DNA of 39,244 nucleotides. Source: a virus. Each line of letters starts with the position of its first letter. The first letter of the stretch is position 1. Below the pieces are notes generated by a model, which saw nothing but the letters and a program-made list of their open reading frames with translations, was not told where the DNA came from and searched no databases. The position numbers and the translations under genes were made by a program. The stretch lies in the UHGV virus genome UHGV-1357478. One strand, written 5' to 3'. Below, piece by piece: positions 17,764 through 26,484 of this stretch.

Positions 17764-19731
17764 GTGATGGATATGGCTATTGAACAAATTAAAGAAACCG
17801 ACACACTGAATCAAGGTCGAATTAAAATTAATGCGATTTTGGATCAATCAAATGCTTCATCTGAAAAAGTAGATGCGTATCAAGAAGAATTAAAAAACGG
17901 CGTTGATGATGCGAAGAAAATAGCTGATACCGCTGGTAAAGAGGCAATCAAAGTTGCTGAAGAAGCAGGGGCTCAAGCAAATGCAACGGCGAACCAAGCG
18001 ATGGATAATGCTAATACGGCAATTACGATTGCAGGAAATGCAGTTTCAACGGCAAATAATAATAAACAAGAATTCGATGCTCTAAGAAATGATTTTGACA
18101 AGTTGGTCGGTGAAGCAGGTGATAGTAACCCTGAAATCGTACAAGCTAGAACAGATACTCAAGGAGTAACGCAACCGACATTAGCGACTCGATTACTGGT
18201 TGATTTTAACGATCGTATGACTAAATCGGAAGGTGTATCATTACTGTCAGGAACAACAAATGTAAAAATTCCTATGGATTTTTCTGGGAAAACGGCAGGT
18301 AATACAGCAACTAATGCGCATCAATATTTTACGGATATAACTGCTAAATCGCTAAAAAAACCAAAAGATATATGGAATGAAGTTTCTCAAGCAGAATACA
18401 ATAAATTAGTAAGCCGTGATGATTCTGGAGTAAGTAGTGGTTCAACACAAACTGGAGTTATCCCACAACAGTTAGGCTCATTCAATGCTTTAGAAGCTGC
18501 AAAAAAATTAATTCCTCAAATTTTCGAAGGATTAAATCAAGAAGAAGCGGTATCTTTATTAAAAGATAGCTTTGTAGCGTTCACTATTAGCGAACGTGCT
18601 AAAGCAACTTCGCCAAACAACAAAACAATTAAAGTTTCTACTTACATTGAGTCAACAGATTCATGGGCAACTCAAATCCAAGAAAGCGCTGGAGAGTATA
18701 AAGATATATCAGCGCAAATAACAGACAAAAATTTCATTACTAGCGAAGGGGTTATATATCTAATTAATTATACAGATCCATCGAATGGAGTAACAACAGC
18801 TAATTTAGATATAGACTATTCAGCTATTCAATTAGAAATTAGTGTTAATGTCCAAGACGTTTTAGAAAAAAGTGGGTTTGTTAAATCAAAACAATTAAAT
18901 GATCATGTAGACGATAAAGAAAATCCACATCAAGTGACAGCTGAGCAAGTGGGAGCATATAGCAAGACTGATTCTACTGATCTATTTATTAACAAAACTG
19001 AAGCAGAAAATGGATTGTTTGTTGCTAAAAAAACAGTTGTTAACTCGCAAGATTGGGATAAAATTCTAGATGCAGGTATTTACACCGTTTTTGGAGCTTC
19101 TGGAGCAAACAGACCTTATTCGGGTGCAGCTTATGGTGCTTTAGTTGTTTATGCTGATAATACATTTGTAAGTCAAACGTATATGTATAAAGGTGAAACA
19201 TACACCCGTAGTCGTCAAGGCAGTCCAGCGACTTGGACACCATGGAATAAAATGCTTGTGGAAAAAGAACAACCTTTTGAAGCTTGGTATTCGCCTGGCA
19301 CTAATCATCCTGGATTCAAAAATAAGGCAAGATACAACTTAGGACCAGAATTTAGCAACGTAGGGCAACGACTTGGATTACCTATGAAAAGTAATCCCTT
19401 AGAATGGAATAGTAGTCGATGGCAAGCAAAAGTGCTTAGAGACTGCAAGTTAAATGTAAGCGGAACTGTAAAATATCAAGTTGCCGGTTCGAGAGGTGTT
19501 CTATATGCTTATACTCATATAGATAAGGGACTAGATGCTGGGGCAAGTGACTTAGGTATTGGAGCGGCAGTCGGAGCTGTTGGCGGTTTGAATTATCAAA
19601 ATGTCGCAGCCTTTGACTTAAACATCACACTAAAAAAAGGCGAGTATTTTGCGTTTCGTTTAGAATTAGCAGCAGATAAGCAACTCGACTATACGCAACT
19701 AGTTTCTATGCATATTACAGAATTAGTATAG
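17764..19731 (+). CDS. tail fibre / receptor-binding protein
   Basis: 655 aa with Ala-rich coiled-coil N-terminus. The true start may be the ATG at 17773 after GGAG. Confidence 0.6.
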   Translation: MMDMAIEQIKETDTLNQGRIKINAILDQSNASSEKVDAYQEELKNGVDDAKKIADTAGKEAIKVAEEAGAQANATANQAMDNANTAITIAGNAVSTANNNKQEFDALRNDFDKLVGEAGDSNPEIVQARTDTQGVTQPTLATRLLVDFNDRMTKSEGVSLLSGTTNVKIPMDFSGKTAGNTATNAHQYFTDITAKSLKKPKDIWNEVSQAEYNKLVSRDDSGVSSGSTQTGVIPQQLGSFNALEAAKKLIPQIFEGLNQEEAVSLLKDSFVAFTISERAKATSPNNKTIKVSTYIESTDSWATQIQESAGEYKDISAQITDKNFITSEGVIYLINYTDPSNGVTTANLDIDYSAIQLEISVNVQDVLEKSGFVKSKQLNDHVDDKENPHQVTAEQVGAYSKTDSTDLFINKTEAENGLFVAKKTVVNSQDWDKILDAGIYTVFGASGANRPYSGAAYGALVVYADNTFVSQTYMYKGETYTRSRQGSPATWTPWNKMLVEKEQPFEAWYSPGTNHPGFKNKARYNLGPEFSNVGQRLGLPMKSNPLEWNSSRWQAKVLRDCKLNVSGTVKYQVAGSRGVLYAYTHIDKGLDAGASDLGIGAAVGAVGGLNYQNVAAFDLNITLKKGEYFAFRLELAADKQLDYTQLVSMHITELV

Positions 19732-19771
19732 AGATTGGATTTTAAAATGAAGCCGTTTAGCAAAGAGCTAA

Positions 19772-20020
19772 GTGGTTTTTATTATTGGAGGAATGATTTT
19801 GTCAAATGAAATAGTTGTTGCTGTAATAGGATTAGTAGGCAGTACATTTGGTGCATTTATTGGAGTTGTAGCTAGTGCCAATTTGACAGCTTACAGAATT
19901 GAACAGCTAGAAAAGAAAGTAGAAAAACATAATGGGGTAATTGAAAGAACCTTTAAATTAGAAGGTCGAATGCAAGAAGCGGAACATGACATAATAGAAT
20001 TGAAAGGAGCAAAAAAATGA
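19772..20020 (+). CDS. holin-like membrane protein
   Basis: One N-terminal transmembrane segment plus a charged coiled-coil tail. The start is uncertain: GTG 19772, ATG 19793 or TTG 19799. Confidence 0.5.
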   Translation: MVFIIGGMILSNEIVVAVIGLVGSTFGAFIGVVASANLTAYRIEQLEKKVEKHNGVIERTFKLEGRMQEAEHDIIELKGAKK

Positions 20021-20223
20021 TTCTACCAGATAAGTACTACAAAATTATCAAATGGGGCGTGCTAACAGTGCTACCTGCAAGTTCTGTTTTGATTGCCACG
20101 CTAGGTAAAGCTTATGGGTGGCAGCAAACAGATATGGCTGTTTTAACTATTAATGCGATAGCAACTTTTTTAGGAGTAGTAACAGGTGTGTCAGCATATA
20201 ATTTAAAAGACAAGGAGAAATAA
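20017..20223 (+). CDS. holin-like membrane protein
   Basis: 68 aa with two hydrophobic segments; ATGA overlap with the upstream gene; directly upstream of the endolysin. Confidence 0.55.
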   Translation: MILPDKYYKIIKWGVLTVLPASSVLIATLGKAYGWQQTDMAVLTINAIATFLGVVTGVSAYNLKDKEK

Positions 20224-20225
20224 AA

Positions 20226-21326
20226 ATGAAAAAGAAACTATTAGTAGGAGCGCTTGTCGCTCTATTTTTTATGCCTGCAATCAATGTGGACGCATATCAA
20301 GTGGAACAGGATCCAATCAATTTTGGTGGCTATTTTCCGGGCTATGCGACAAACGAAATTGTAGTTCTTCACGAATCAGGCAACGGAAATAATGTCGGTC
20401 CAAACAGTCTAGACAATGAAGTAGCATATATGAAACGCAACTGGACAAGTGCTTATGTGTCTTATTTTGTCGGTTCTGGCGGTCGAGTGAAACAATTAGC
20501 GCCAGCAGGTCAAATTCAATGGGGAGCGGGAGCGACAGCCAATGCAAAAGCATATGCACAAATCGAACTCGCTCGAACGAATAATAAAGAAACATTCAAA
20601 AAGGACTATGCCGCATATGTAAATTTGATTCGTGATTTAGCTATACAGATTGGTGCAACATTTGACTTAGACGACGGTACAGGATACGGAATCGTAACAC
20701 ATGATTGGATTACTAAAAATTGGTGGGGCGATCATACTGATCCATACGGATATTTAGCACAGTGGGGAATTAGTAAAGCACAACTAGCACAAGATTTACA
20801 AACTGGACTTCCAGAAGATGGTAGCGAAGTTATTGTAAACCCAGGCAAACCTAATAAACCAAAATATAAAGTTGGTCAACACGTTCGTTTCACAACAATC
20901 TACAAAAATCCAGATGCGCCAATTTCACAGCATATCAATGCATACACATTGTGGACGCAAGTTGGAACAATTACACAAAAGTTAGACGGTCGTAAAAATT
21001 TATATCGCATCGAAAACAGCGGTAAATTACTAGGATATGTCAACGATGGAGATATTGCGGAATTATGGGAAAATAGCAAGCCGACACCGGCAAAAACATT
21101 TACCATTGGTGTAAATGAAGGTATTGTTCTTCGCAACGGTGCGCCAAGCTTGTCAGCGCCTGTATATGGAGTATGGCCGAAAGGTTCTACTTTTAAGTAT
21201 GATTCAGTTCGTGTAGCAGATGGCTATGTTTTCTTAGGCGGTTCTGATGTAAACGGAACACGCATTTATATTCCTGTTGGACCAAATGATGGAAATCCTA
21301 GCAATACTTGGGGAACTGGATATTAG
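20226..21326 (+). CDS. endolysin: N-acetylmuramoyl-L-alanine amidase (Amidase_2/PGRP-like) with two C-terminal SH3b-like repeats and an N-terminal Sec-type signal peptide
   Basis: N-terminal MKKKLLVGALVALFFMPAINVDA|YQ. Amidase_2-like core, then two ~65-aa repeats (KYKVGQHVRF... and FTIGVNEGIVLRNG...). Confidence 0.75.
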   Translation: MKKKLLVGALVALFFMPAINVDAYQVEQDPINFGGYFPGYATNEIVVLHESGNGNNVGPNSLDNEVAYMKRNWTSAYVSYFVGSGGRVKQLAPAGQIQWGAGATANAKAYAQIELARTNNKETFKKDYAAYVNLIRDLAIQIGATFDLDDGTGYGIVTHDWITKNWWGDHTDPYGYLAQWGISKAQLAQDLQTGLPEDGSEVIVNPGKPNKPKYKVGQHVRFTTIYKNPDAPISQHINAYTLWTQVGTITQKLDGRKNLYRIENSGKLLGYVNDGDIAELWENSKPTPAKTFTIGVNEGIVLRNGAPSLSAPVYGVWPKGSTFKYDSVRVADGYVFLGGSDVNGTRIYIPVGPNDGNPSNTWGTGY

Positions 21327-21341
21327 TAATAATGTCTTTTA

Positions 21342-21370
21342 GTCCACCTTATTCAAGGTGGACCTATTTA
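21342..21370 (+). terminator. terminator of the late/lysis operon
   Basis: 9-bp stem gtccacctt / aaggtggac with loop attc. Confidence 0.6.
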
Positions 21371-21440
21371 CATAGAAAATCAATAAAAGTTTAATAAGAA
21401 CTTTATATATGATATGAGGGATAATTTTAAAATATGATTT

Positions 21441-21463
21441 GCCTATTAAGCCTTGTTTATAAT
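21441..21463 (+). promoter_or_regulatory. putative sigma-A-type promoter for the accessory cassette
   Basis: TATAAT at 21458-21463 with an upstream TTG-containing element. Spacing is not ideal. Confidence 0.3.
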
Positions 21464-21508
21464 ATACTGTATGCAAATAGGTATATAAAGATGTGGGGGG
21501 AGAAGTAC

Positions 21509-22357
21509 ATGGGTAAAGTTATTTCGGTGATTAATATGAAAGGTGGAGTGGGTAAGACAACGCTGACAAAAGAACTAGGTTATTTTATGGCCAAAAATAA
21601 AAACAAGAAAGTTTTGTTTATTGATTTAGACCCACAATCTAATTTAACTCAGTCATTTTTTCTAAATAAAAAGTTAAGACATCAAGAAGATTTGAATGAA
21701 CCTAAACAAAATTTAAGATTAGTAAGTCAGTCTATTCAGAAACTTTTTGATTCATCTTCGATTGGTAAATTAAAAGATTCAGAAGTTATTTTGAATCTGG
21801 AACAAAACTTTACAGTTGACCTTATTCCAGGCACATTATCAACTATTTTTCTAGAAAGATCATCAAATTCATCGAATATGGAAAGAGCAGTTTATAATTT
21901 TATTGAAGAAAAAGAGTTAAAGAAGAAATATGATTATATATTGATTGATTGTCCACCCACATATTCTGTGTATACTGTTTCCGCTTTACTTCCGAGTGAT
22001 TTTTATTTTGTTCCTGTTGATCCAGGTATATATTCAGTTTTAGGAATAACCATGTTAGAAAAAGTTGTTAATGCAATAAAAGAGCCAAATAAATTGTATT
22101 TTAAAGATAAACCATTACGACATTTGGGGGTCATCTTTACTAGATATAATAGTGATTCTGATTATTTGGTTGATATGATTGAAACAGCAAAGTCGTTAAA
22201 AAATATGTACTTTTTTAAAGAAAGATTTTTATTTTCAAAAAAATTAGTTGATCGACCGTTGTACTTTATCAGTGATAATAGTGATCAAAGATTATTAGAA
22301 AATCTAAATGCAATTTTTGATGAAATGGAAAGGAGGATTAATGGATTTGAGAAGTGA
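21509..22357 (+). CDS. ParA/Soj/MinD-superfamily P-loop ATPase
   Basis: Deviant Walker A KGGVGKTT, A' motif DLDPQ, Walker B ILIDCPP. Start at the ATG 21509 after GGGGGAGAAG; the track ORF starts at 21434. Very AT-rich. Confidence 0.8.
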   Translation: MGKVISVINMKGGVGKTTLTKELGYFMAKNKNKKVLFIDLDPQSNLTQSFFLNKKLRHQEDLNEPKQNLRLVSQSIQKLFDSSSIGKLKDSEVILNLEQNFTVDLIPGTLSTIFLERSSNSSNMERAVYNFIEEKELKKKYDYILIDCPPTYSVYTVSALLPSDFYFVPVDPGIYSVLGITMLEKVVNAIKEPNKLYFKDKPLRHLGVIFTRYNSDSDYLVDMIETAKSLKNMYFFKERFLFSKKLVDRPLYFISDNSDQRLLENLNAIFDEMERRINGFEK

Positions 22358-22718
22358 ACTTAAAAAAATTAGAGTATCAATTATTGATAATTCAGAAGAA
22401 CAAGTCAAAAGTGAATTGTACGGAATTTTTTCTTCATTAATCCTTTCTAAAAAAATAGCACCTAAAAATTCAGATTTAAAAGGTATAATGTCGGAATTAA
22501 ATTTTAGTTTTAAAGAATATGTTTTTAAGAGTAGAACTATCCTTTTGTCACGAATTATAAGAGCAATTGAAAAGATGGATGAAAAAGAAGTAAGTATTTT
22601 AATAGAAAAGTTAATTAATTTTATTGAAGTTGACGATATTCTTAATCAAAAAACAAAAGTATCATACAAAAAGAAAAAGAAAAATATCTTTGATGATATT
22701 TTTAATCAACTAGGATAG
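22341..22718 (+). CDS. hypothetical protein (125 aa), translationally coupled to the ParA-like gene
   Basis: Overlaps the 3' end of the ATPase gene by 17 nt; AGGAGG upstream; no recognisable motif. Confidence 0.55.
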   Translation: MDLRSELKKIRVSIIDNSEEQVKSELYGIFSSLILSKKIAPKNSDLKGIMSELNFSFKEYVFKSRTILLSRIIRAIEKMDEKEVSILIEKLINFIEVDDILNQKTKVSYKKKKKNIFDDIFNQLG

Positions 22719-22722
22719 ATAA

Positions 22723-23391
22723 ATGAAAAAGGATATTCAGACAGAATATAAGAGGTATTGTGAATATCTGGAGAGTTACTTTCCAGAAACATCGCTTGCG
22801 CATAATAAATCAGAAATCTTAGTAAAGGATGTATTTGAAGTTACGATGTCTCTTTCTAAAATAGCTCATTTTCTTGACGAAGATAGTAATTATTCTTATT
22901 TTACAAATTTAATTGAATATAATTTGAATAATTTACTTTATTTTTTACCCTTGAATGAACTAGTTTCATATAATGTTTCAATTAGAAATTGTACTGAAGC
23001 AATTTTGAAAATGATTTTTACATTGGAAGATGAAGATGTTGATCATAAATCTACTGGATATAGAACTATGAAAGATAACAGAGAAAGACTTTTGATATAC
23101 CAAAAACATAAGAACAAAATTGATAATCTTTTTTCAATTTATAGTAACAGATCCAATTCTTTACATTTGAAAAAAGCAAATGAAGTTGAATTGACGAAAA
23201 TGTTGGAAAATAAGTTATGTCGTCAAATAAATAAAACAGAAATGAATGAAATCAAGCAAGATTTAAGTAATTGCAAAACAACATTATTAGAAGTTATATG
23301 TTTTTACAACATAGATTTATCCACTCAGCAAAAATTGAATCTCAAAAGATTTGTATCAAAATCATGGATAGAAAAGTTATACTGTTTATAG
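22723..23391 (+). CDS. hypothetical protein (222 aa), possible HEPN-like R-x4-H motif
   Basis: Starts 4 nt after the previous stop. RSNSLH at aa 143-148. Compositionally all-alpha. Very AT-rich. Confidence 0.55.
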   Translation: MKKDIQTEYKRYCEYLESYFPETSLAHNKSEILVKDVFEVTMSLSKIAHFLDEDSNYSYFTNLIEYNLNNLLYFLPLNELVSYNVSIRNCTEAILKMIFTLEDEDVDHKSTGYRTMKDNRERLLIYQKHKNKIDNLFSIYSNRSNSLHLKKANEVELTKMLENKLCRQINKTEMNEIKQDLSNCKTTLLEVICFYNIDLSTQQKLNLKRFVSKSWIEKLYCL

Positions 23392-23504
23392 TTAGGTAGA
23401 AAATCATGCTATAAGGTTTATTGCACTTTAATGTATTTTTTACTAATATCAATAGATATAATTGAAATAAAACATGTCATAATTGATATTAAGATATGTA
23501 GGCT

Positions 23505-23548
23505 TATAAAAAAACTCCAACTCCAGATAAGAGTTGGGGTTTTATTTT
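23505..23548. terminator. bidirectional terminator
   Basis: Stem ccaactc/gagttgg with an A-run upstream and a T-run downstream. Sits between the convergent genes 22723..23391(+) and 23547..23795(-). Confidence 0.65.
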
Positions 23549-23795
23549 ATGCACTAATCAAAGATTTTCTAACAAGCATTTTCTCAATTACAAGTTGATT
23601 TCGTTTATTCAAATGACCATAGACAGCTAATTCAGATTGTTCAGGTAGCATTAGTAACATATTTGCTAGCTCGCATTTGGAGACGATACAGTTTATAGTT
23701 TCGTCCTGTGTTACTAATGAGAATCGAACTAGCATTTTTGGATACATACTTAACATTCTAATCTTTTCAACTACTCCTACATAATTAGTTTTCAT
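23547..23795 (-). CDS. hypothetical protein (82 aa)
   Basis: Good RBS AGGAGGG 7 nt upstream of the ATG on the minus strand. Lies next to the att region. Confidence 0.5.
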   Translation of the reverse strand: MKTNYVGVVEKIRMLSMYPKMLVRFSLVTQDETINCIVSKCELANMLLMLPEQSELAVYGHLNKRNQLVIEKMLVRKSLISA

Positions 23796-23876
23796 AAAAT
23801 CGCCCTCCTAGTAGTGTAATTATACCGAATGTACGTTCGTTTTGTCTATCGTTTTACACAACTGTAATATTTTGGG

Positions 23877-24110
23877 AAGAAGGGGCAAAAAAGGGGCAAA
23901 AGTTGTAAAAGGTTGTAAAAAATTATATGGTATTAAATTATAATATTATTGATTTACTAGTGTTTTTACAAGGTTATAAATAGTCGTAAAATACGCTTGA
24001 AAGACTAAGCAAGTGCCGCCATGTGTCTGAATTATAGTTGATATCAAAGGCTTTAAGCCTTTTTTTATTTGTTTTGAATTAAAAAAGGGGCACGAAAGGG
24101 GCAATTACTT
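23877..24110. repeat. attP-like region with four AAGGGGCA(A) arm-type repeats and two GTTGTAAAA(G/A) repeats
   Basis: aaggggcaaaaaaggggcaaaagttgtaaaaggttgtaaaaa at 23880-23925, and aaaggggcacgaaaggggcaa at 24087-24107, immediately upstream of int. Confidence 0.5.
24044..24070. terminator. hairpin + T-run near the int 3' end
   Basis: aaggctt-t-aagcctt followed by TTTTTTT. Confidence 0.4.
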
Positions 24111-25241
24111 GCCATATTTATTTAGAGCTTCTACCAGATTTGTTTTAGCTTTTTTTGTAACATGAGTATAAATTTTTAAAGTTGTTTCCGTGTCAACGTG
24201 GCCTACACGTTCCATTATTGCTTTTACTGGTACATTTAATTCTGCAAGTAGTGAAATATGAGAATGTCTAAAAATATGACTTGATATAGTTTTGTTTATT
24301 TTATTTTTACCTAGACTTTCATTAGCTTTCTTTAGAGAGGCATTGAATGAATTAACTTGAATTGGTTTGCCCGTTTTGCCAACAAATAGATAATTTGTTT
24401 GCTCTTTGAATTTTATTTCTCTTTCTAAAATTAACTCTTCGATTATTTCTACAGCTCTATTTGATAATTCTACTTTCCTGAATGATGCTAGAGTTTTAGG
24501 TAATTCTTTTGTAGCGTTTTTATAACCGTTAGAATAATCCAAAGTCCCATTAACTAAAATAGCATGTTCATTTTTTACATAATCATTTATAGTAAGACTA
24601 ATTGCTTCACCAGCTCTTAATCCAGTTAAATACATAAACTCTGCTAAACGACCATGATGGACACTTTGAAATGTAGAATAATAATAGTTTAATAATTGAT
24701 AAACCTCTCTCTCTTCGAGGTATTTACTTTCTATATTTTCAAAATTTTCTTTTGTTAGTGGGGGTTTAACAACTTTCACTCTATTGATAGGATTTTCATC
24801 AATCATTCCCATGTCTTGTGCATAAGTGAAGGACATGTTAAGCACACTTTTGAATTTTTTCTTATACTCCCACGAATGCGGTAAATCATTAATAAAGTCT
24901 TGGAAAAATTTTGTATCTGTGTTTCTTATGAGTACATCAACATTCATATTGGAAAATATATATTTTAAAATTTTTCCGTAAGCTTTAACTGATGTTTTCC
25001 TAATAGATAATTGATGTTGTTGCCACCAGCTATTTAAGAGATTCTCTAATGATACTTTTTGTTGATCTTTTTTCTCCATTCGATTATTAATCTTATCCTG
25101 TAATTCCATCATCGCTTGTTTTTTTGCTTGGTTAGACTTCGAATTAAGTGTAACTGAAACACGTCGATATTTTTCCGTGTACGGATCTTTATATCGCTCA
25201 AAGTATTTAAATTTTCCATTAGGAAGTTCCTCGATCCACAA
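24105..25241 (-). CDS. int: tyrosine site-specific integrase
   Basis: C-terminal HxxR...Y catalytic signature (HIFRHSHIS...GHVDTETTLKIYTHV). TTG start with AAAGGAG RBS. Confidence 0.85.
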   Translation of the reverse strand: MWIEELPNGKFKYFERYKDPYTEKYRRVSVTLNSKSNQAKKQAMMELQDKINNRMEKKDQQKVSLENLLNSWWQQHQLSIRKTSVKAYGKILKYIFSNMNVDVLIRNTDTKFFQDFINDLPHSWEYKKKFKSVLNMSFTYAQDMGMIDENPINRVKVVKPPLTKENFENIESKYLEEREVYQLLNYYYSTFQSVHHGRLAEFMYLTGLRAGEAISLTINDYVKNEHAILVNGTLDYSNGYKNATKELPKTLASFRKVELSNRAVEIIEELILEREIKFKEQTNYLFVGKTGKPIQVNSFNASLKKANESLGKNKINKTISSHIFRHSHISLLAELNVPVKAIMERVGHVDTETTLKIYTHVTKKAKTNLVEALNKYGK

Positions 25242-25398
25242 TGTTAAAACTCCTTTCGAATGTATGTTCTTATTTTTTTAAAAAGAAAAGCCTAAAGGCT
25301 AATTCTTTTGTTAATGAGTTGAGTTAGTAATTTACTAAAATAAGTGGTAAAATACTTATAATGTAATAGACAAATTATGGAAGGGGAGTGTATCTATC

Positions 25399-25563
25399 AT
25401 GCATAAAGAGTTAAGAAAAGATTACGACTTGTTAAAAGCTAAAAATAGAAAAAGAAGAATAGAACACCAAATCCAAATGTCTAATAGCCAACATCAATAT
25501 AACTTCAATTCAGAAAAAATAGAAAAAAGATTAAATAAGTTTATTCCGACTCGAAATAAATAG
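25399..25563 (+). CDS. candidate excisionase-like small basic protein (54 aa)
   Basis: ATG with GGAGTG RBS; perfect TATAAT at 25357-25362. Divergent from and adjacent to int. Highly basic. Confidence 0.3.
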   Translation: MHKELRKDYDLLKAKNRKRRIEHQIQMSNSQHQYNFNSEKIEKRLNKFIPTRNK

Positions 25564-26476
25564 CTAGTGGGCGTATAAAGTATCCGTCGTCTTCTAGTAA
25601 TGAGTAAGAATCCAATATTATTTCTGTAAACATTGCAGGAGTTGAAGAGGCGATAACACTCGTCTCCAATTGTTCTCCGTCTTTTGGCAATATATTGTTA
25701 TCCCTTTTTGAAATTACGATTCCCAACATTTTTAGTTTTCTGCGAGTTTGCCCAAGTGCCGCAATGATTGGAGCATTGACGCGCAGATTATTTTTATCTA
25801 ATATAGACATTGTATTTTTGATTATAATTAGAATTGAGTTCGGATATAACAATTGTGAGAAAGAAGCAAACCGTCTGACTAATTCAAAATTTTTAGTGGA
25901 ATCTTGTTCATCAATCTTTTCTTTTAATTCTTCAATTTTTTGTTTTGCAGTATTGCTTTTTTGTTTTTTCTTCGATAGTTTTTCAAGCTGCTGCTTTTCA
26001 CGTTTTAATTCTTCTGTTTCAATCATAACTAAATTTACGGATTCCTTTTTAGTTAATTCCTCAAGCATTTCGAAATCATAAATTTTAAAATTATCTTCAA
26101 TACAAATAAAATCTCCTTCTTTCCACTGGTCCGCCATGACTAGTGATTTGTTTTCTGTAAGTTTATTTATAAGTACATCTAAAGAATAGTCATCCATTAT
26201 AGTATCAACTAGCTCTGTATTACTTTCAGAGAACACAAAGTTGAATTTATCTATTTCAGTTTGTGAATAGTCAGTACCTGCTTTCACAATACCTGGCACG
26301 CCCCCTGAAACATTACCTGACTTAGTTATTTGCTGACCTCCTTCCTCGCCATTTGTTTTTTGTTCATTCTTTCCAATTGTAGCCTTGGCTAATAAACCTT
26401 CATCCATTTGTGCTAAATATGAATTTATTAACTTTGTATCCAAATAGATAAATTCTTTCAAGATAGATCCCTCCAA
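25541..26476 (-). CDS. hypothetical protein (311 aa), lysogeny-strand accessory gene
   Basis: Central charged coiled-coil; no recognisable motif. Sits between the lipoprotein gene and int. Confidence 0.5.
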   Translation of the reverse strand: MEGSILKEFIYLDTKLINSYLAQMDEGLLAKATIGKNEQKTNGEEGGQQITKSGNVSGGVPGIVKAGTDYSQTEIDKFNFVFSESNTELVDTIMDDYSLDVLINKLTENKSLVMADQWKEGDFICIEDNFKIYDFEMLEELTKKESVNLVMIETEELKREKQQLEKLSKKKQKSNTAKQKIEELKEKIDEQDSTKNFELVRRFASFSQLLYPNSILIIIKNTMSILDKNNLRVNAPIIAALGQTRRKLKMLGIVISKRDNNILPKDGEQLETSVIASSTPAMFTEIILDSYSLLEDDGYFIRPLAIYFESE

Positions 26477-26484
26477 ATGATTTT

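Noticed and set aside
23877-23925. Short tandem repeats (aaggggcaaaa x2, gttgtaaaag x2) considered as a CRISPR or minisatellite
   Set aside because: There are only 2+2 copies of 9-11 nt with no spacers and no cas genes. Position and copy layout fit integrase arm sites in attP.
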